Below, one piece after another: positions 29,551 to 39,866 of a stretch of DNA of 64,000 nt (the stretch's first letter is position 1; each line of letters starts with the position of its first letter). Below the pieces are notes generated by a model. That model did not search any database, was not told where the DNA came from, and saw nothing but the letters and a program-made list of their open reading frames with translations. The DNA lies in NCBI GenBank assembly GCA_034434635.1, contig DAOTYX010000184.1:3880-67879 (forward strand), in the 5' to 3' direction. The DNA comes from Anaerolineae bacterium. GTDB lineage: Bacteria > Chloroflexota > Anaerolineae > B4-G1 > DUEL01. The position numbers were made by a program, and so were the translations under genes.

Positions 29551-30684
29551 ATGAAAGCCTCCACAGCCATTCTTGTCGTCAACCTGCTGGTAGATATGGT
29601 GGAGCGGGGCAAGCCGTTCCCCATGCCGCCCGAATACGGCGAGATCGCCGCGCGCACCGTGGCCTTTGTCCGCCGGGCGCAGGAGGCCGGCTACCCGGTG
29701 ATCTTCATCCAGGACCAGCACCGTCCCGACGACAAGGAGTTCACCGATTTTGCTGTGGGCCAGCCGCACGCTGTGCGCGACACAGAAGGGGCGCAGTTGA
29801 TCGCCGGGTTGGAGCCAGTGGCGGGGCGGGACTACGCTGTGGGCAAGCGACGCTTCAGCGCCTTCTTCGGCACCGATCTGGACCTCTACCTGCGCGAGGA
29901 GGGCATCCGTCGGCTGGTGGTCGTCGGGCGCCCCAGCAACGTCTGTGCGCTCTACTCCGCCGCCGACGGCCTCTTCCGCCGCTACGAGATGATAGCCATC
30001 TCTGACTGCCTCTACTCGCGGGACGGGGCGATGCATGAGCGGAGCATGCGCGAGTTCGCGGCCACGCTGGGTGAGGTGATGACCTCGGAGGCCTTCCTGG
30101 CTGCCCCGCCGCCGGAGCCGCCCCCGTTCCCGGAGCGGTTGGCGGTGCTGGTGGTGAACGTCAACAAGGACCTGGTGGAGAACAACCTCCCCGAGAGCGG
30201 CGCGCGGGTCGCTGCCCGGTTGGGGGAGATGCGCGCGCTGCTGGAGGTGGCCCGCGGTGGCGGCCTCCCGATTCTGTACGCGATGGACGCCCACCTCCCC
30301 GACGACTGGGAGTTTCGCCGCCGCGTGCCGCACGGGATCGCCGGCACTCCCGGCGCAGCGGTGGTGGACCCGTTAGCGCCGTTGCCGGGGGACGTCCTCT
30401 TCTCGAAGCGCACCTACGACGCTTTCTATGAGACGGGTCTTGATCCCTGGCTGCGCGAGCGGGGGATCACCCGCCTGGTGGTCATCGGCGCGCCGACGAA
30501 CGTGGACCTGCGCTACACCGTCGTCTCGGCCTACAATGCCCGCTACCGCCCGATCGTGGTCAAGGACTGCACCGATGCCAGCACCGAGGAGTTCTACGCC
30601 GAGACCCTGCAGGACCTGTTCTTCTGTCGCCGCATGACCCTGGAGCAGTTCCGAGAATTCATCTCCGAGGCTTCCGAGGCTTGA
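29551..30684 (+). CDS. Tandem fusion of two isochorismatase-family (cysteine-hydrolase) domains; domain 2 has Asp in place of the nucleophilic Cys
   Basis: Domain 1 has D..K..C (VVVGRPSNVCALYSA). Domain 2 has the aligned segment VVIGAPTNVDLRYTV. Internal repeat of about 185 aa. Confidence 0.75.
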   Translation: MKASTAILVVNLLVDMVERGKPFPMPPEYGEIAARTVAFVRRAQEAGYPVIFIQDQHRPDDKEFTDFAVGQPHAVRDTEGAQLIAGLEPVAGRDYAVGKRRFSAFFGTDLDLYLREEGIRRLVVVGRPSNVCALYSAADGLFRRYEMIAISDCLYSRDGAMHERSMREFAATLGEVMTSEAFLAAPPPEPPPFPERLAVLVVNVNKDLVENNLPESGARVAARLGEMRALLEVARGGGLPILYAMDAHLPDDWEFRRRVPHGIAGTPGAAVVDPLAPLPGDVLFSKRTYDAFYETGLDPWLRERGITRLVVIGAPTNVDLRYTVVSAYNARYRPIVVKDCTDASTEEFYAETLQDLFFCRRMTLEQFREFISEASEA

Positions 30685-30720
30685 GAGGCCTCGGGAACCT
30701 GGAGAGGAGGAGAGACAAAA

Positions 30721-31875
30721 ATGGACCTGAGCATCCGTATCGGCAACCTGGAACTGGAGAATCCGTTCATCGTCGCTGCCGGCCCGCCTGGGGTGACCGG
30801 CGCCTCGCTCAAGCGCATGGCCTCTGGCCGCCCCGGCGCAGTGGTCACCAAGTCCATCGGGGTGGTCCCTTCGCCGGGCCAGCGGCTGAGCCTCTCCCAC
30901 GTCAAGGGGGACCGCCACAGCCTGATCCTCACCGATCCCTGGTCGGCGCACACCTTCGAGGAGTGGTGCGAGCGGGAGATGAAGGTCGCCAGGTCGGGTG
31001 GGGTGCCCGTCATCATGAACCTGCAGGCGGTGACGCACACCCCGGCAGAGGACATCGCCCGCATGGCTCCGCGCGCCGTGGAGGCCGGAGCCGACGCCAT
31101 CGAACTCTCGGCCTTCGGCTCCGCTCCCAACGTGGTGGAAGGGGCAGGGATCGGCGCGGTGCAGAGCCCCCAACGCACCTACGAAGTCGTCCGCGCCGCC
31201 AAACAGGCGGTGAAGGTGCCCGTGATCGCCAAACTGCTGCCGGAACCCTCCAACCTGATTGACCTGGTGCGGGCAGCGGAGGAGGCCGGGGCGGACGCGA
31301 TCGCCTCGCGGGACACCATCTTCCCGGCCATCTCGTTCGACATCTATACCCGCCGCCCCAAGGTGGCGCGCACCATCGGCACCTGGATGCCGGAACTCTC
31401 CGGGCGGGCCATCCGCGCCAACGCGGTCGGCTACGTCGTGGAGATTTATCGCCTCACCCGCCTGCCGATCATCGGTATCGGCGGCGTGGCGACCTGGGAG
31501 GACGCGGTGGAGATGATCATCGCCGGGGCCACGGCGGTAGGGGTCTGTACGGCGGCGATGGTCGAGGGGCCCAAGATCTTCCCCCGCCTGGTCAAAGGGC
31601 TGGCCACCTTCCTGGAGGAGCAGGGGGTAACGATGGAGGAACTGCGCGGCAGCGGCCTGGAAGGCATGCGCCAGGTCAATGAGATGGCCCTCCATCGCCT
31701 GCATGTGACGATTGACAAGGACCTGTGCACCCAATGCAATATCTGCGACACCGTCTGCCCGGTGCAGGCAGTGCGCCAGGGCGAGGGATATAACTTCATC
31801 GTAGACGAGGAGTGCATCAACTGCGGCTTCTGCGCCGCCAACTGCCCAGAGGAGGCGATCCGCGTGGCGGCCTAG
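30721..31875 (+). CDS. Dihydroorotate/dihydropyrimidine-dehydrogenase-fold FMN protein with C-terminal 2x[4Fe-4S] ferredoxin domain (PreA-like, copy 1)
   Basis: DHOD TIM-barrel N-terminus plus CTQCNICDTVCP / CINCGFCAANCP. Confidence 0.8.
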   Translation: MDLSIRIGNLELENPFIVAAGPPGVTGASLKRMASGRPGAVVTKSIGVVPSPGQRLSLSHVKGDRHSLILTDPWSAHTFEEWCEREMKVARSGGVPVIMNLQAVTHTPAEDIARMAPRAVEAGADAIELSAFGSAPNVVEGAGIGAVQSPQRTYEVVRAAKQAVKVPVIAKLLPEPSNLIDLVRAAEEAGADAIASRDTIFPAISFDIYTRRPKVARTIGTWMPELSGRAIRANAVGYVVEIYRLTRLPIIGIGGVATWEDAVEMIIAGATAVGVCTAAMVEGPKIFPRLVKGLATFLEEQGVTMEELRGSGLEGMRQVNEMALHRLHVTIDKDLCTQCNICDTVCPVQAVRQGEGYNFIVDEECINCGFCAANCPEEAIRVAA

Positions 31876-31901
31876 ACCTCCCGTGGGCGAGAGGTAGAAC
31901 A

Positions 31902-33290
31902 ATGAGCAAGACGATCAGCGAACAGATAGCCGACCTGACTCTCAACCTCCGTTACGAAGACCTGCCGGAACCGGCGCGTCGGCACGCCAGGAACCTGGTG
32001 TTGGACCTGCTGGGCTCGATGATCGGCTCCCGGCGCGTCCCCTCCAGCCGGATCGCCGCCGAGGCGGCGCTGGAGTTGGGCGGGCCGGAGGAGAGTACCG
32101 TCATCGGTCACAACCGCAAGGTGGCAGCCCCCAATGCCGCCTTCGCCAACGCCATTCAGTCCTACGCCTTCGACTTCGCCGACGACCACAATGAGTCCAA
32201 CGCCCACCCCAGCGTGGCGACCATCCCTGCCAGCCTGGCTCTGGGAGAGCATCTACACGCCAGCGGGCGAGAGGTGCTTACGGCCATTGCTCTGGGCAAC
32301 GAGGTGGTGTGTCGGCTCGGGGCGGCCTTCCTGGGTAAGACCTACTACCAGGGCTTTCACCCCTCCAGCACCTGCGGCACCTTCGGCGCGACGGTCTCTG
32401 CTGCCCGCCTCTTGGGTCTCGACTGGCAGCAGACGGTCTGGGCGCAGGGTATCGCTGGCAGCCAGGCCGCCGGGCTGATGGCCTGGAACACCGCTGGCTC
32501 GATCACCAAGCGGCTCCAGGCTGGCCATCCCGCGTGGGTGGGGATCATGTCCGCCCGGCTGGCGAAGAAGGGCTTCGACGGCCCACGGGAGATCATCGAG
32601 GGCACCGATGGCTTTATGCAGGCTTACTCCTACAACCGCCAGTACGACACTCGGCTCATCACCGAAGGCCTGGGCCAGGAGTGGACCTTCGCCCGCTCCA
32701 GCATCAAGGTCTACCCGTGCTGTCGCTACTCCGGCGGACATCTGGACGCCTGTCTGGACATCTACGCCCGTTATCGGCCCGATCCGCGGCGTATTCGCCG
32801 CATCTTCATCCGCTCTTCCGATTACACCATCCGCCTGCTGGCCGCGCCGCGCAAGCGTGACCCCCAGACGATCGTGGACACACAGTTCAGCATGCCCTGG
32901 CAGGCGGCTATCGCCCTGATTGACGGCAAGATTGACGTGGACACCTTCACCGAGGCGAACATCCACCGCCCCGACGTGCGCGAACTGATGAGCAAGGTAG
33001 AATGGGTGGTGGACGAGGAGTTCGAGCGGCGTTACCCTGCCCACTACTCCTGCGCCGTGACCGTGACGATGGACGACGGCACGGAGTACACCACCGTGGT
33101 GGATGACCCCAAGGGGGACTTCCGTAACCCGGTGACACAGGAGGAATTGGAGGCGAAGTTTACCAACCTGGCTCGCCGGGAGATCGCTGACGGGGAGCGG
33201 ATCGCCCGCATCATCGCCTTCGTGCGTGACCTGGAACAGGCGCCGGATATCGGCGCGCTTTTTGCGCTGCTCCAGACTTCCGATGTCTGA
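31902..33290 (+). CDS. MmgE/PrpD-family protein (2-methylcitrate-dehydratase-like)
   Basis: Collinear with PrpD N- and C-domains. ATG 31902 chosen over the track start at 31812. Confidence 0.85.
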   Translation: MSKTISEQIADLTLNLRYEDLPEPARRHARNLVLDLLGSMIGSRRVPSSRIAAEAALELGGPEESTVIGHNRKVAAPNAAFANAIQSYAFDFADDHNESNAHPSVATIPASLALGEHLHASGREVLTAIALGNEVVCRLGAAFLGKTYYQGFHPSSTCGTFGATVSAARLLGLDWQQTVWAQGIAGSQAAGLMAWNTAGSITKRLQAGHPAWVGIMSARLAKKGFDGPREIIEGTDGFMQAYSYNRQYDTRLITEGLGQEWTFARSSIKVYPCCRYSGGHLDACLDIYARYRPDPRRIRRIFIRSSDYTIRLLAAPRKRDPQTIVDTQFSMPWQAAIALIDGKIDVDTFTEANIHRPDVRELMSKVEWVVDEEFERRYPAHYSCAVTVTMDDGTEYTTVVDDPKGDFRNPVTQEELEAKFTNLARREIADGERIARIIAFVRDLEQAPDIGALFALLQTSDV

Positions 33291-33336
33291 AAGACATCGG
33301 AAGTCCGAATGGGAAGAGAATGAGGAGGAATTGACG

Positions 33337-34329
33337 ATGGACCTGTCTCTGCGACGCCGCGCCAGCCTGAAAGGGCGCGACTTCATCACCCTGGCCGACT
33401 ACGACCAGGAGGACCTGTACTTCCTGTTGGACACCGCCGAAGAACTCAAGCGGGCTCAGGCGATGGGCGCACCTCATCGCTGGCTGGAGGGCAAGAGCCT
33501 CGGCATGCTCTTCGGCAAACCCTCTACTCGCACGCGCATATCCTTCGAGACCGGCATGACCCAGTTGGGCGGCCACGCCCAGTTCTACACCGCCGACGAC
33601 CTGCAACTGGCGCACAAGGAGAGCTGGGTGGACACCGCGCGGGCGATGGATCGTTACCTGGATGGCATCGCCGTCCGTCTCTACAACATCCAGCCCTATG
33701 GCGAGTCGCGCCGGGTGCTGAACACCCTGGCCGAAGCGGCGCGCATCCCGGTCATCAACATGCTCGACGACGGTGAGCACCCCTGCCAGGTGCTGTGTGA
33801 TGTGATGACGGTGCGCGAGAAACTGCGCACCTTCGAGGGCAAGAAGATCGTCGTCTCCTGGGCTTACTCCCCGCGTGACAAGTCGGCCGGTGTGCCGCAG
33901 GGTTGGGTGGTGGCTGCCGCGATCCTGGGCATCAACCTGACCCTGGCCTACCCGGAGGGGTTCGACCTGGACCCGGAGTACATGGAGAAGGCTCGTGGCT
34001 TCGCCGCGATGAGCGGCGCTCGCCTGGAGATCGTCCACGACATGGCCGAGGCCGCCCGCGATGCCCACATCTTCTACGCCAAGTCCTGGGGTAGTTTCAC
34101 CCTCCCGCCCGAAGAGGTAAAGCGGCGTGACGCGGAACTACGGCAGTGGATCGTTACGGATGAGTTGTTGGATCGGGCCGATCGGACGGTGAAGTTCATG
34201 CACTGCCTGCCGGCCGACCGCAACCTGGAGGTCACCGACGCGGTGATAGACGGTCCCCGTTCCATCGTCTATGACCAACTAGAGAATCGGCTGCACGCAC
34301 AGAAGGCGATCCTGGCCCTCACGCTGTGA
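33337..34329 (+). CDS. Ornithine/aspartate-carbamoyltransferase-fold enzyme (OTC/YgeW-like transcarbamylase)
   Basis: STRTR carbamoyl-phosphate motif, HCLP motif. ATG 33337 after GAGGAGG. Confidence 0.85.
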   Translation: MDLSLRRRASLKGRDFITLADYDQEDLYFLLDTAEELKRAQAMGAPHRWLEGKSLGMLFGKPSTRTRISFETGMTQLGGHAQFYTADDLQLAHKESWVDTARAMDRYLDGIAVRLYNIQPYGESRRVLNTLAEAARIPVINMLDDGEHPCQVLCDVMTVREKLRTFEGKKIVVSWAYSPRDKSAGVPQGWVVAAAILGINLTLAYPEGFDLDPEYMEKARGFAAMSGARLEIVHDMAEAARDAHIFYAKSWGSFTLPPEEVKRRDAELRQWIVTDELLDRADRTVKFMHCLPADRNLEVTDAVIDGPRSIVYDQLENRLHAQKAILALTL

Positions 34330-34354
34330 GCAGCGCCCGGAGAGACAAGAAGCA

Positions 34355-35629
34355 ATGGGCATGACCTTGACCGAGAAGATCCTCGCCCGCGCCTGCGGGC
34401 GAGAACAGGTCCGGGCGGGGGAGATCATCCGCGCGGCTGTGGATCTGGTCTTCGCCAGCGATGTGACCATGCCGTTGGCAGCCATCGAACTGGAGCGCAT
34501 GCAGGTCGAGCGACTCTTCGACCCGGAGCGGGTGGCCATCATCTGCGACCACTTCACGCCGAATGCTACGGTGGAGGGGGCGCAGAGGGTGAAGCAGTTG
34601 CGCGACTTCGCCCGCCGATACGGAGTGCACCACTTCTATGAGCCGGGGTGCGGGGGGAACTTCGGCGTCGAGCACACCCTGCTGCCAGAAGAGGGGTTGG
34701 TCCGCCCCGGCATGGTCATCGTCGGCGGTGACTCGCACACGACCTCTTACGGGGCGCTGGGGGCCTTCGCTTCCGGCTTCGGCAGCACCGACATCGCTGC
34801 AGCGATGGCCCTCGGCGAGTTGTGGCTGCGGGTACCTGCGACGATGCGCTTCGTCTTCTCGGGCGCGCTGCCCCGGTGGGTGGGCGGCAAGGACCTCATC
34901 CTCCACACCATCGGGCGCATCGGCGTTGCCGGCGCGCTCTACCGGGCCATGGAATTCGACGGTCCGGCTATCGCCGCGTTGAGCGTAGAGCAGCGGCTGA
35001 CGATGTGCAATATGGCCGTCGAAGCCGGGGCGAAGAACGGTTTGATGCCGGTGGATGAGGAGACCTGCCGCTATCTGGCGGCACACGGTGTTGGCGAAGC
35101 ACCTTCTCTTTCCAGTGATCCCGATGCCAACTTCTACTCTGTGACCGAGATAGACGTCAGCGACCTGGAGCCGCAAGTGGCCTGTCCCTTCTCCCCCGAT
35201 AACGTGCAACCGGTCAGTGCCCTGCGGGACACGCGGCTGGATGCCGTCTTCATCGGGTCCTGCACCAACGGCCGCATCGAGGACCTGCGCGTGGCCGCGT
35301 CTATCCTGGGCGGCAGGCGCATCTACCCCGGCGTTCGCCTCCTGGTCATTCCGGCCACGCAGCGAGTCTACCAGCAGGCGCTGCGGGAGGGCTTGCTGAT
35401 GGCCTTCGTACAGGCCGGGGCGGCGGTTGGCGCGCCTACCTGTGGGCCATGCTTCGGCGGACACACCGGGCTGCTTGCCGCTGGCGAGCGGGCGCTCTCC
35501 ACCTCCAACCGCAACTTCGTCGGGCGTATGGGGCACCCGCAGAGCCAGGTCTACCTGGCCTCGGCGGCAGTGGCGGCGGCCTCCGCCGTGCTGGGCCGCA
35601 TTGCCCATCCTGAGGAGGTGATGGGATGA
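34355..35629 (+). CDS. Aconitase-family hydro-lyase large subunit (LeuC / dimethylmalate-dehydratase-like)
   Basis: 424 aa; Cys ligands of the aconitase FeS cluster (GSCTNGR, CGPCFG). Confidence 0.85.
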   Translation: MGMTLTEKILARACGREQVRAGEIIRAAVDLVFASDVTMPLAAIELERMQVERLFDPERVAIICDHFTPNATVEGAQRVKQLRDFARRYGVHHFYEPGCGGNFGVEHTLLPEEGLVRPGMVIVGGDSHTTSYGALGAFASGFGSTDIAAAMALGELWLRVPATMRFVFSGALPRWVGGKDLILHTIGRIGVAGALYRAMEFDGPAIAALSVEQRLTMCNMAVEAGAKNGLMPVDEETCRYLAAHGVGEAPSLSSDPDANFYSVTEIDVSDLEPQVACPFSPDNVQPVSALRDTRLDAVFIGSCTNGRIEDLRVAASILGGRRIYPGVRLLVIPATQRVYQQALREGLLMAFVQAGAAVGAPTCGPCFGGHTGLLAAGERALSTSNRNFVGRMGHPQSQVYLASAAVAAASAVLGRIAHPEEVMG

Positions 35630-36147
35630 TCGTGCAGGGACGCGCCTGGAGGCTTGGCGACAACGTGGACACTGACCAGTTGCTGCCAGGCCGCTACCTT
35701 AGCCTGACCGAGCCGGCAGAACTGGCCCGCCACTGCCTGGAGGATGTGCGTCCCGACTTCTGCGTCGGCGTGAAAGCGGGCGATCTCCTGGTGGCTGGCG
35801 AGAACCTGGGCTGCGGCAGTTCGCGGGAGCATGCCCCGTTGGCGCTCAAAACGTTGGGCATCTCATGCCTGGTGGCGGCCTCCTTCGCGCGCATCTTCTT
35901 CCGCAACAGCATCAACCTGGGGCTGCCGGCCCTGACCTGCCCGGAGGCCGTGGCGGGCATCGCCGATGGGGATTTGCTGCGCATTGACCTGGAGAGCGGC
36001 GAGATCGAGAACCTCACCCACCCCGCGCGCTTCCAGGCCCCGCCGCTGCCCGACTTTCTGACCGAGATTATCCGCGCCGGCGGGATGACGGCTTACGTGC
36101 GCGGGGCCCTCGCCCGCCGACAGGCGGACCATCGTCTGGGGAGGTGA
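35626..36147 (+). CDS. Aconitase-family hydro-lyase small subunit (LeuD-like)
   Basis: 173 aa swivel domain; start overlaps the upstream stop. Confidence 0.85.
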   Translation: MIVQGRAWRLGDNVDTDQLLPGRYLSLTEPAELARHCLEDVRPDFCVGVKAGDLLVAGENLGCGSSREHAPLALKTLGISCLVAASFARIFFRNSINLGLPALTCPEAVAGIADGDLLRIDLESGEIENLTHPARFQAPPLPDFLTEIIRAGGMTAYVRGALARRQADHRLGR

Positions 36148-36148
36148 G

Positions 36149-37318
36149 ATGACCTTCTACGGCGAACAGAAACCCATCCGCTGCGTGATCATGCGCGGCG
36201 GCACCAGTCGGGCGCTCTTCATCATGCGCAATGACCTGCCTGCCGACCCGGCGCTGCGTGATGCGGTCATCCTGCGCCTCTACGGCAGCCCTGACGTGCG
36301 CCAGATTGATGGCCTGGGGGGCGCAGACCCGCTGACCAGCAAACTGGCCATCATCGGTCCGCCCACCCGTCCTGACGCGGACGTGGACTACACCTTCGGC
36401 CAGGTGAGCATCACCACGCCCTTTGTGGACACGGCGGGCAACTGCGGCAACATCTCCGCCGCTGTTGGCCCCTTCGCCATTGACGAGGGGTTGGTGGACG
36501 CGGTCGAGCCGGTGACGAACGTGCGCATCCACCAGACCAACACCCGCTGCATCCTTGTCGCTGAAGTGCCGGTGCGCGGCGGCAAGGCGGCGGTGGAGGG
36601 GGACTACCACATTGATGGCGTGCCGGGCAGCGGCGCGTTGATTCGCCTGGACTTCTCCGATACCGCTGGTGCGGTCACCGGGCGTCTGCTCCCTACCGGC
36701 AACCCAGTGGATCGCCTGGAGGTGCCTGGCGTGGGCGTGGTGGAGGCTTCTCTCGTAGATGCCGGGACGCCCTGTGTCTTCGTCCGTGCCGCCGACCTGG
36801 GCCTGCGGGGCGTGGAAACCCCGGCGGAGATCGACGCTGACCGCGCGCTGAACGAGCGCATCGAGCGCATCCGCGGCACGGCGGCGGTGATGATGGGGCT
36901 GGTCGAGACCTGGTCCGAAGCGGCCACACGCAGCCCCTATCTCCCTTTCTTTGCCATCATTGCCCCGCCAGCGGACTACGTGGACTTCACCACCGGGCGC
37001 ACGGTACGGGCGGATGAGGTGGATTTCCTCTCCCGTCTGCTGTTTATGCTGAAGATGCACAAGGCCTACCCTGTGACCGGCTCGGTCTGCACCGGCGCGG
37101 CGGCGCGCATACCCGGCACCATTGTCCACGAAGCGGCGAGCGCCTCCTCGCGTGAGCGCTCACTGGTGCTCATCGGCCACCCTGCCGGCGTGCTGGATGT
37201 GGAAGTGTCGGTGGAAGCGGAGGGCGCAGGCTACCGCCTGCGGCGCGCGGCGATCGGCCGTACTGCCCGCCGTCTGATAGAAGGATACGCCTTTGTCCCC
37301 TGGAGCACATTCGAGTGA
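36149..37318 (+). CDS. PrpF/AcnD-accessory family isomerase (methylaconitate / methylitaconate isomerase fold)
   Basis: 389 aa; conserved CVIMRGGTSR N-terminus and Cys/Gly-rich catalytic segments typical of PrpF. Confidence 0.8.
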   Translation: MTFYGEQKPIRCVIMRGGTSRALFIMRNDLPADPALRDAVILRLYGSPDVRQIDGLGGADPLTSKLAIIGPPTRPDADVDYTFGQVSITTPFVDTAGNCGNISAAVGPFAIDEGLVDAVEPVTNVRIHQTNTRCILVAEVPVRGGKAAVEGDYHIDGVPGSGALIRLDFSDTAGAVTGRLLPTGNPVDRLEVPGVGVVEASLVDAGTPCVFVRAADLGLRGVETPAEIDADRALNERIERIRGTAAVMMGLVETWSEAATRSPYLPFFAIIAPPADYVDFTTGRTVRADEVDFLSRLLFMLKMHKAYPVTGSVCTGAAARIPGTIVHEAASASSRERSLVLIGHPAGVLDVEVSVEAEGAGYRLRRAAIGRTARRLIEGYAFVPWSTFE

Positions 37319-37377
37319 CCGTCTCTTCCTCCGTGCGACGAGACGTGATGATTTCCTGAAAAAGAGGTACATGACCT

Positions 37378-38652
37378 GTGACTCGACTACTGGAGCATCA
37401 AGGCAAGGAACTGCTGCGACGATTCAAGATTCCCACGCCAGAGGGACGGATTGTCGGCAGCCTGGAAGAGGCGCACGAGGCTGCCCGGCAGATTGGCTAC
37501 CCTCTGTTGGTCAAGGCCCAGGTCTACACCGGCAAGCGCGGCAAGTCCGGCGGCGTGCGCCCGGCTGAGAATGAGGCGGAACTGGAGACCGCAGTGCGTG
37601 AGATGCTCAGCACGCCCATCCGCGGGCTGCTGGTGGAGAGCCTGCTGATCGAGCAACTCATCCCTCTGCGCCGCGAACTCTACGTCGCTGTCACCGCCGA
37701 TCCCAGCCTGCGCCAGCCGGTGCTGATCTTCTGCGCCAACGGCGGAGTGGACATCGAGGAGACATTTCATGACCGCCCCGAAACGGTGCTGCGGCTGCCG
37801 GTGGACATCCTGCGCGGCGTCTACCTGTACGACGCGCTCAACCTGCTGCGCGACGCACCTGAACTCTCCTCGCGCGACCGGTTGGAGGTGGCGCAGGTTC
37901 TCTGTCGCCTGTACGAACTCTACCGCGCCTGCGACGCGAAACTGGCGGAGATCAACCCGCTGGCGCTGACTGACAACGGCCCGGTGGCGCTCGATGCGCG
38001 GATAGACATTGACGGTGACGCCCTCGGCCGTCACCCCGAACTGAGCCTGGCCCTGGCGGAGGAGGCGGGAGAGCGCCACCCCACGCGCCTGGAGCAGATC
38101 GCCGCGACGATTGACCAGGGCGACCACCGCGGCACGGTGCACTTCGTGCAGATTGACCCCGATCTCTCCTATGCCCGTCAGCACCAGAAGGTGCCCATCG
38201 GCTTCGACTGCGTCGGCGCCGGTGTCAGCCTGACGATGATGGACGAACTGGTGCCGCTGGGCTTCTACCCGGTCAACTTCTGCGACAGTTCCGGCAACCC
38301 TGTGGCTTCGAAACTGTACCGTATTACCCGCGTCATCTTCTCCCAGCCGGGTATCGCTGGCTACGTCTTCGTCTCCTGCGTCTCCAGCCAGCAGCTGGAC
38401 AACACCGCGCGGGGGATCATTAAGGCGTTCAAGGAACTCTTCCCTCAAACTGGTGGGCAGCCGGACATCCCCACTGTGCTGGCCTTCCGTGGGGCATGGG
38501 ATGAGGAGGCCATCCGTCTGTTGGCCGACCACGGCATCAGCGCCGGGCGATGGGTCCGTGTGCTGGGCCGGGAGGCCACAGAACAGGAGGTCGCCGAGAC
38601 CTTCCAGGCGTTGCACAGCGCCTGGGTTGCTGAAAGGGGGGAGGCGGCATGA
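37378..38652 (+). CDS. ADP-forming acyl-CoA ligase beta subunit (SucC-like ATP-grasp)
   Basis: [10 protein letters not shown]...[24 protein letters not shown]-grasp N-terminus. Confidence 0.8.
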   Translation: MTRLLEHQGKELLRRFKIPTPEGRIVGSLEEAHEAARQIGYPLLVKAQVYTGKRGKSGGVRPAENEAELETAVREMLSTPIRGLLVESLLIEQLIPLRRELYVAVTADPSLRQPVLIFCANGGVDIEETFHDRPETVLRLPVDILRGVYLYDALNLLRDAPELSSRDRLEVAQVLCRLYELYRACDAKLAEINPLALTDNGPVALDARIDIDGDALGRHPELSLALAEEAGERHPTRLEQIAATIDQGDHRGTVHFVQIDPDLSYARQHQKVPIGFDCVGAGVSLTMMDELVPLGFYPVNFCDSSGNPVASKLYRITRVIFSQPGIAGYVFVSCVSSQQLDNTARGIIKAFKELFPQTGGQPDIPTVLAFRGAWDEEAIRLLADHGISAGRWVRVLGREATEQEVAETFQALHSAWVAERGEAA

Positions 38653-38933
38653 ACGACGGACGATTGGAATTCGCGGTCCGCTCCGGCGGTACGGTCAGCA
38701 TAACCCTTGAGCGCTGCGTTGATTGTGAGACCAAGGCCTGCATCAAGGTCTGCCAGGCCCAGGGAGGGCCGCTGGTGCTCGATGAGGAGCGAGGGCTGCC
38801 GGCGCTGCGCTGGTCTCTTGAGGAGATCACCCGTGGCGGCTGTGTGGAGTGTCTGGGCTGCGAGTTGGACTGTGAACTCTACGGTCGGCAGGCGGTGAAG
38901 ATCACCCTGCCGCTGGCGGGGCTGGAGGTGTAG
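38649..38933 (+). CDS. Small 2x[4Fe-4S]-ferredoxin-like protein inserted between the ligase beta and alpha genes
   Basis: 94 aa; [13 protein letters not shown] and [11 protein letters not shown] Cys clusters. Confidence 0.6.
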   Translation: MNDGRLEFAVRSGGTVSITLERCVDCETKACIKVCQAQGGPLVLDEERGLPALRWSLEEITRGGCVECLGCELDCELYGRQAVKITLPLAGLEV

Positions 38934-38934
38934 G

Positions 38935-39843
38935 GTGTCCATCCTGGTTGACCAGAACACAAGGGTCGTGGTACAGGGGGCTACCGGTCGCGAGGCCATC
39001 CTGCGCATCCGTCTGATGAAGGAGTACGGCACGAAGGTCGTCGCCGGGGTGACGCCAGGCAAGGGTGGGGAGACGGTCGAGGGGGTGCCGGTTTACAACA
39101 CGGTTTTGGAGGCCCGTGAACATCATCCGGAGATCAACACCGCCACCATCTTCGTGCCGGCGATGGTGGCGAAGGTCGCGGCGCTGGAGGCGCTGGACGC
39201 CGGAATCTCGGTGATCACGCTGCACCCGGAACGGGTGCCACAGCAGGACATGCTGGAGGTGATCGCCTACGCCCGGCGCTGCGGAGGCTACGTCATCGGC
39301 CCCAACACCATCGGCCTGATCAGCCCTGGCAAGGCGCTGGTGGGGATGATCGGCGGTAATGCCACTTCGGCGCGCGAGTTCTTCCGCCCAGGGCCGGTGG
39401 GGATCCTCTCCCGTAGCGGCGGGAACACCACCACGCTGGCCTTCTATATCAACCAGGCAGGGCTGGGACAGACCACAGCCATCGGTATGGGCGGCGATGC
39501 CTTTGTCGGCACGACGCTGCGCGATCTTCTGGCCCTGTTCGAGCAGGACCCGGAGACGCAAATGGTCGCTTTCTTTGGCGAGATCGGCACGAGCATGGAG
39601 GAGGATGCAGCCACCTTCATCCGCGATGGCGGCTTCACAAAACCGATGGTGGCCTATGTCTCCGGCGTCCATGCCCGCCCGGACGTCCGCTTTGGCCATG
39701 CCGGGGCGATGATCAGCCGGGGAGTAGGCTCAGCGCAGGCCAAGCGGGAGGCGCTACGTGCCGCTGGGGTCCATGTGGTGGAGCACTTTGGCGAGATCGG
39801 CCGCGTGGCCCGCGAGATTCTGGGCGGACTGGGCCCGCGATAG
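38935..39843 (+). CDS. Acyl-CoA ligase alpha subunit (SucD-like CoA-binding / His-phosphorylation subunit)
   Basis: CoA-binding N-terminus ([11 protein letters not shown]). GTG start. Confidence 0.85.
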   Translation: MSILVDQNTRVVVQGATGREAILRIRLMKEYGTKVVAGVTPGKGGETVEGVPVYNTVLEAREHHPEINTATIFVPAMVAKVAALEALDAGISVITLHPERVPQQDMLEVIAYARRCGGYVIGPNTIGLISPGKALVGMIGGNATSAREFFRPGPVGILSRSGGNTTTLAFYINQAGLGQTTAIGMGGDAFVGTTLRDLLALFEQDPETQMVAFFGEIGTSMEEDAATFIRDGGFTKPMVAYVSGVHARPDVRFGHAGAMISRGVGSAQAKREALRAAGVHVVEHFGEIGRVAREILGGLGPR

Positions 39844-39866
39844 TCCAGAGGGATCGGAGGAACGGC

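Noticed and set aside
34355-36147. Calling these leuC/leuD of leucine biosynthesis
   Set aside because: No leuA/leuB nearby. They are embedded with PrpD/PrpF/CoA-ligase/lyase genes, so a catabolic hydro-lyase role (dimethylmalate/citramalate-type) is more consistent. Only the family is asserted.
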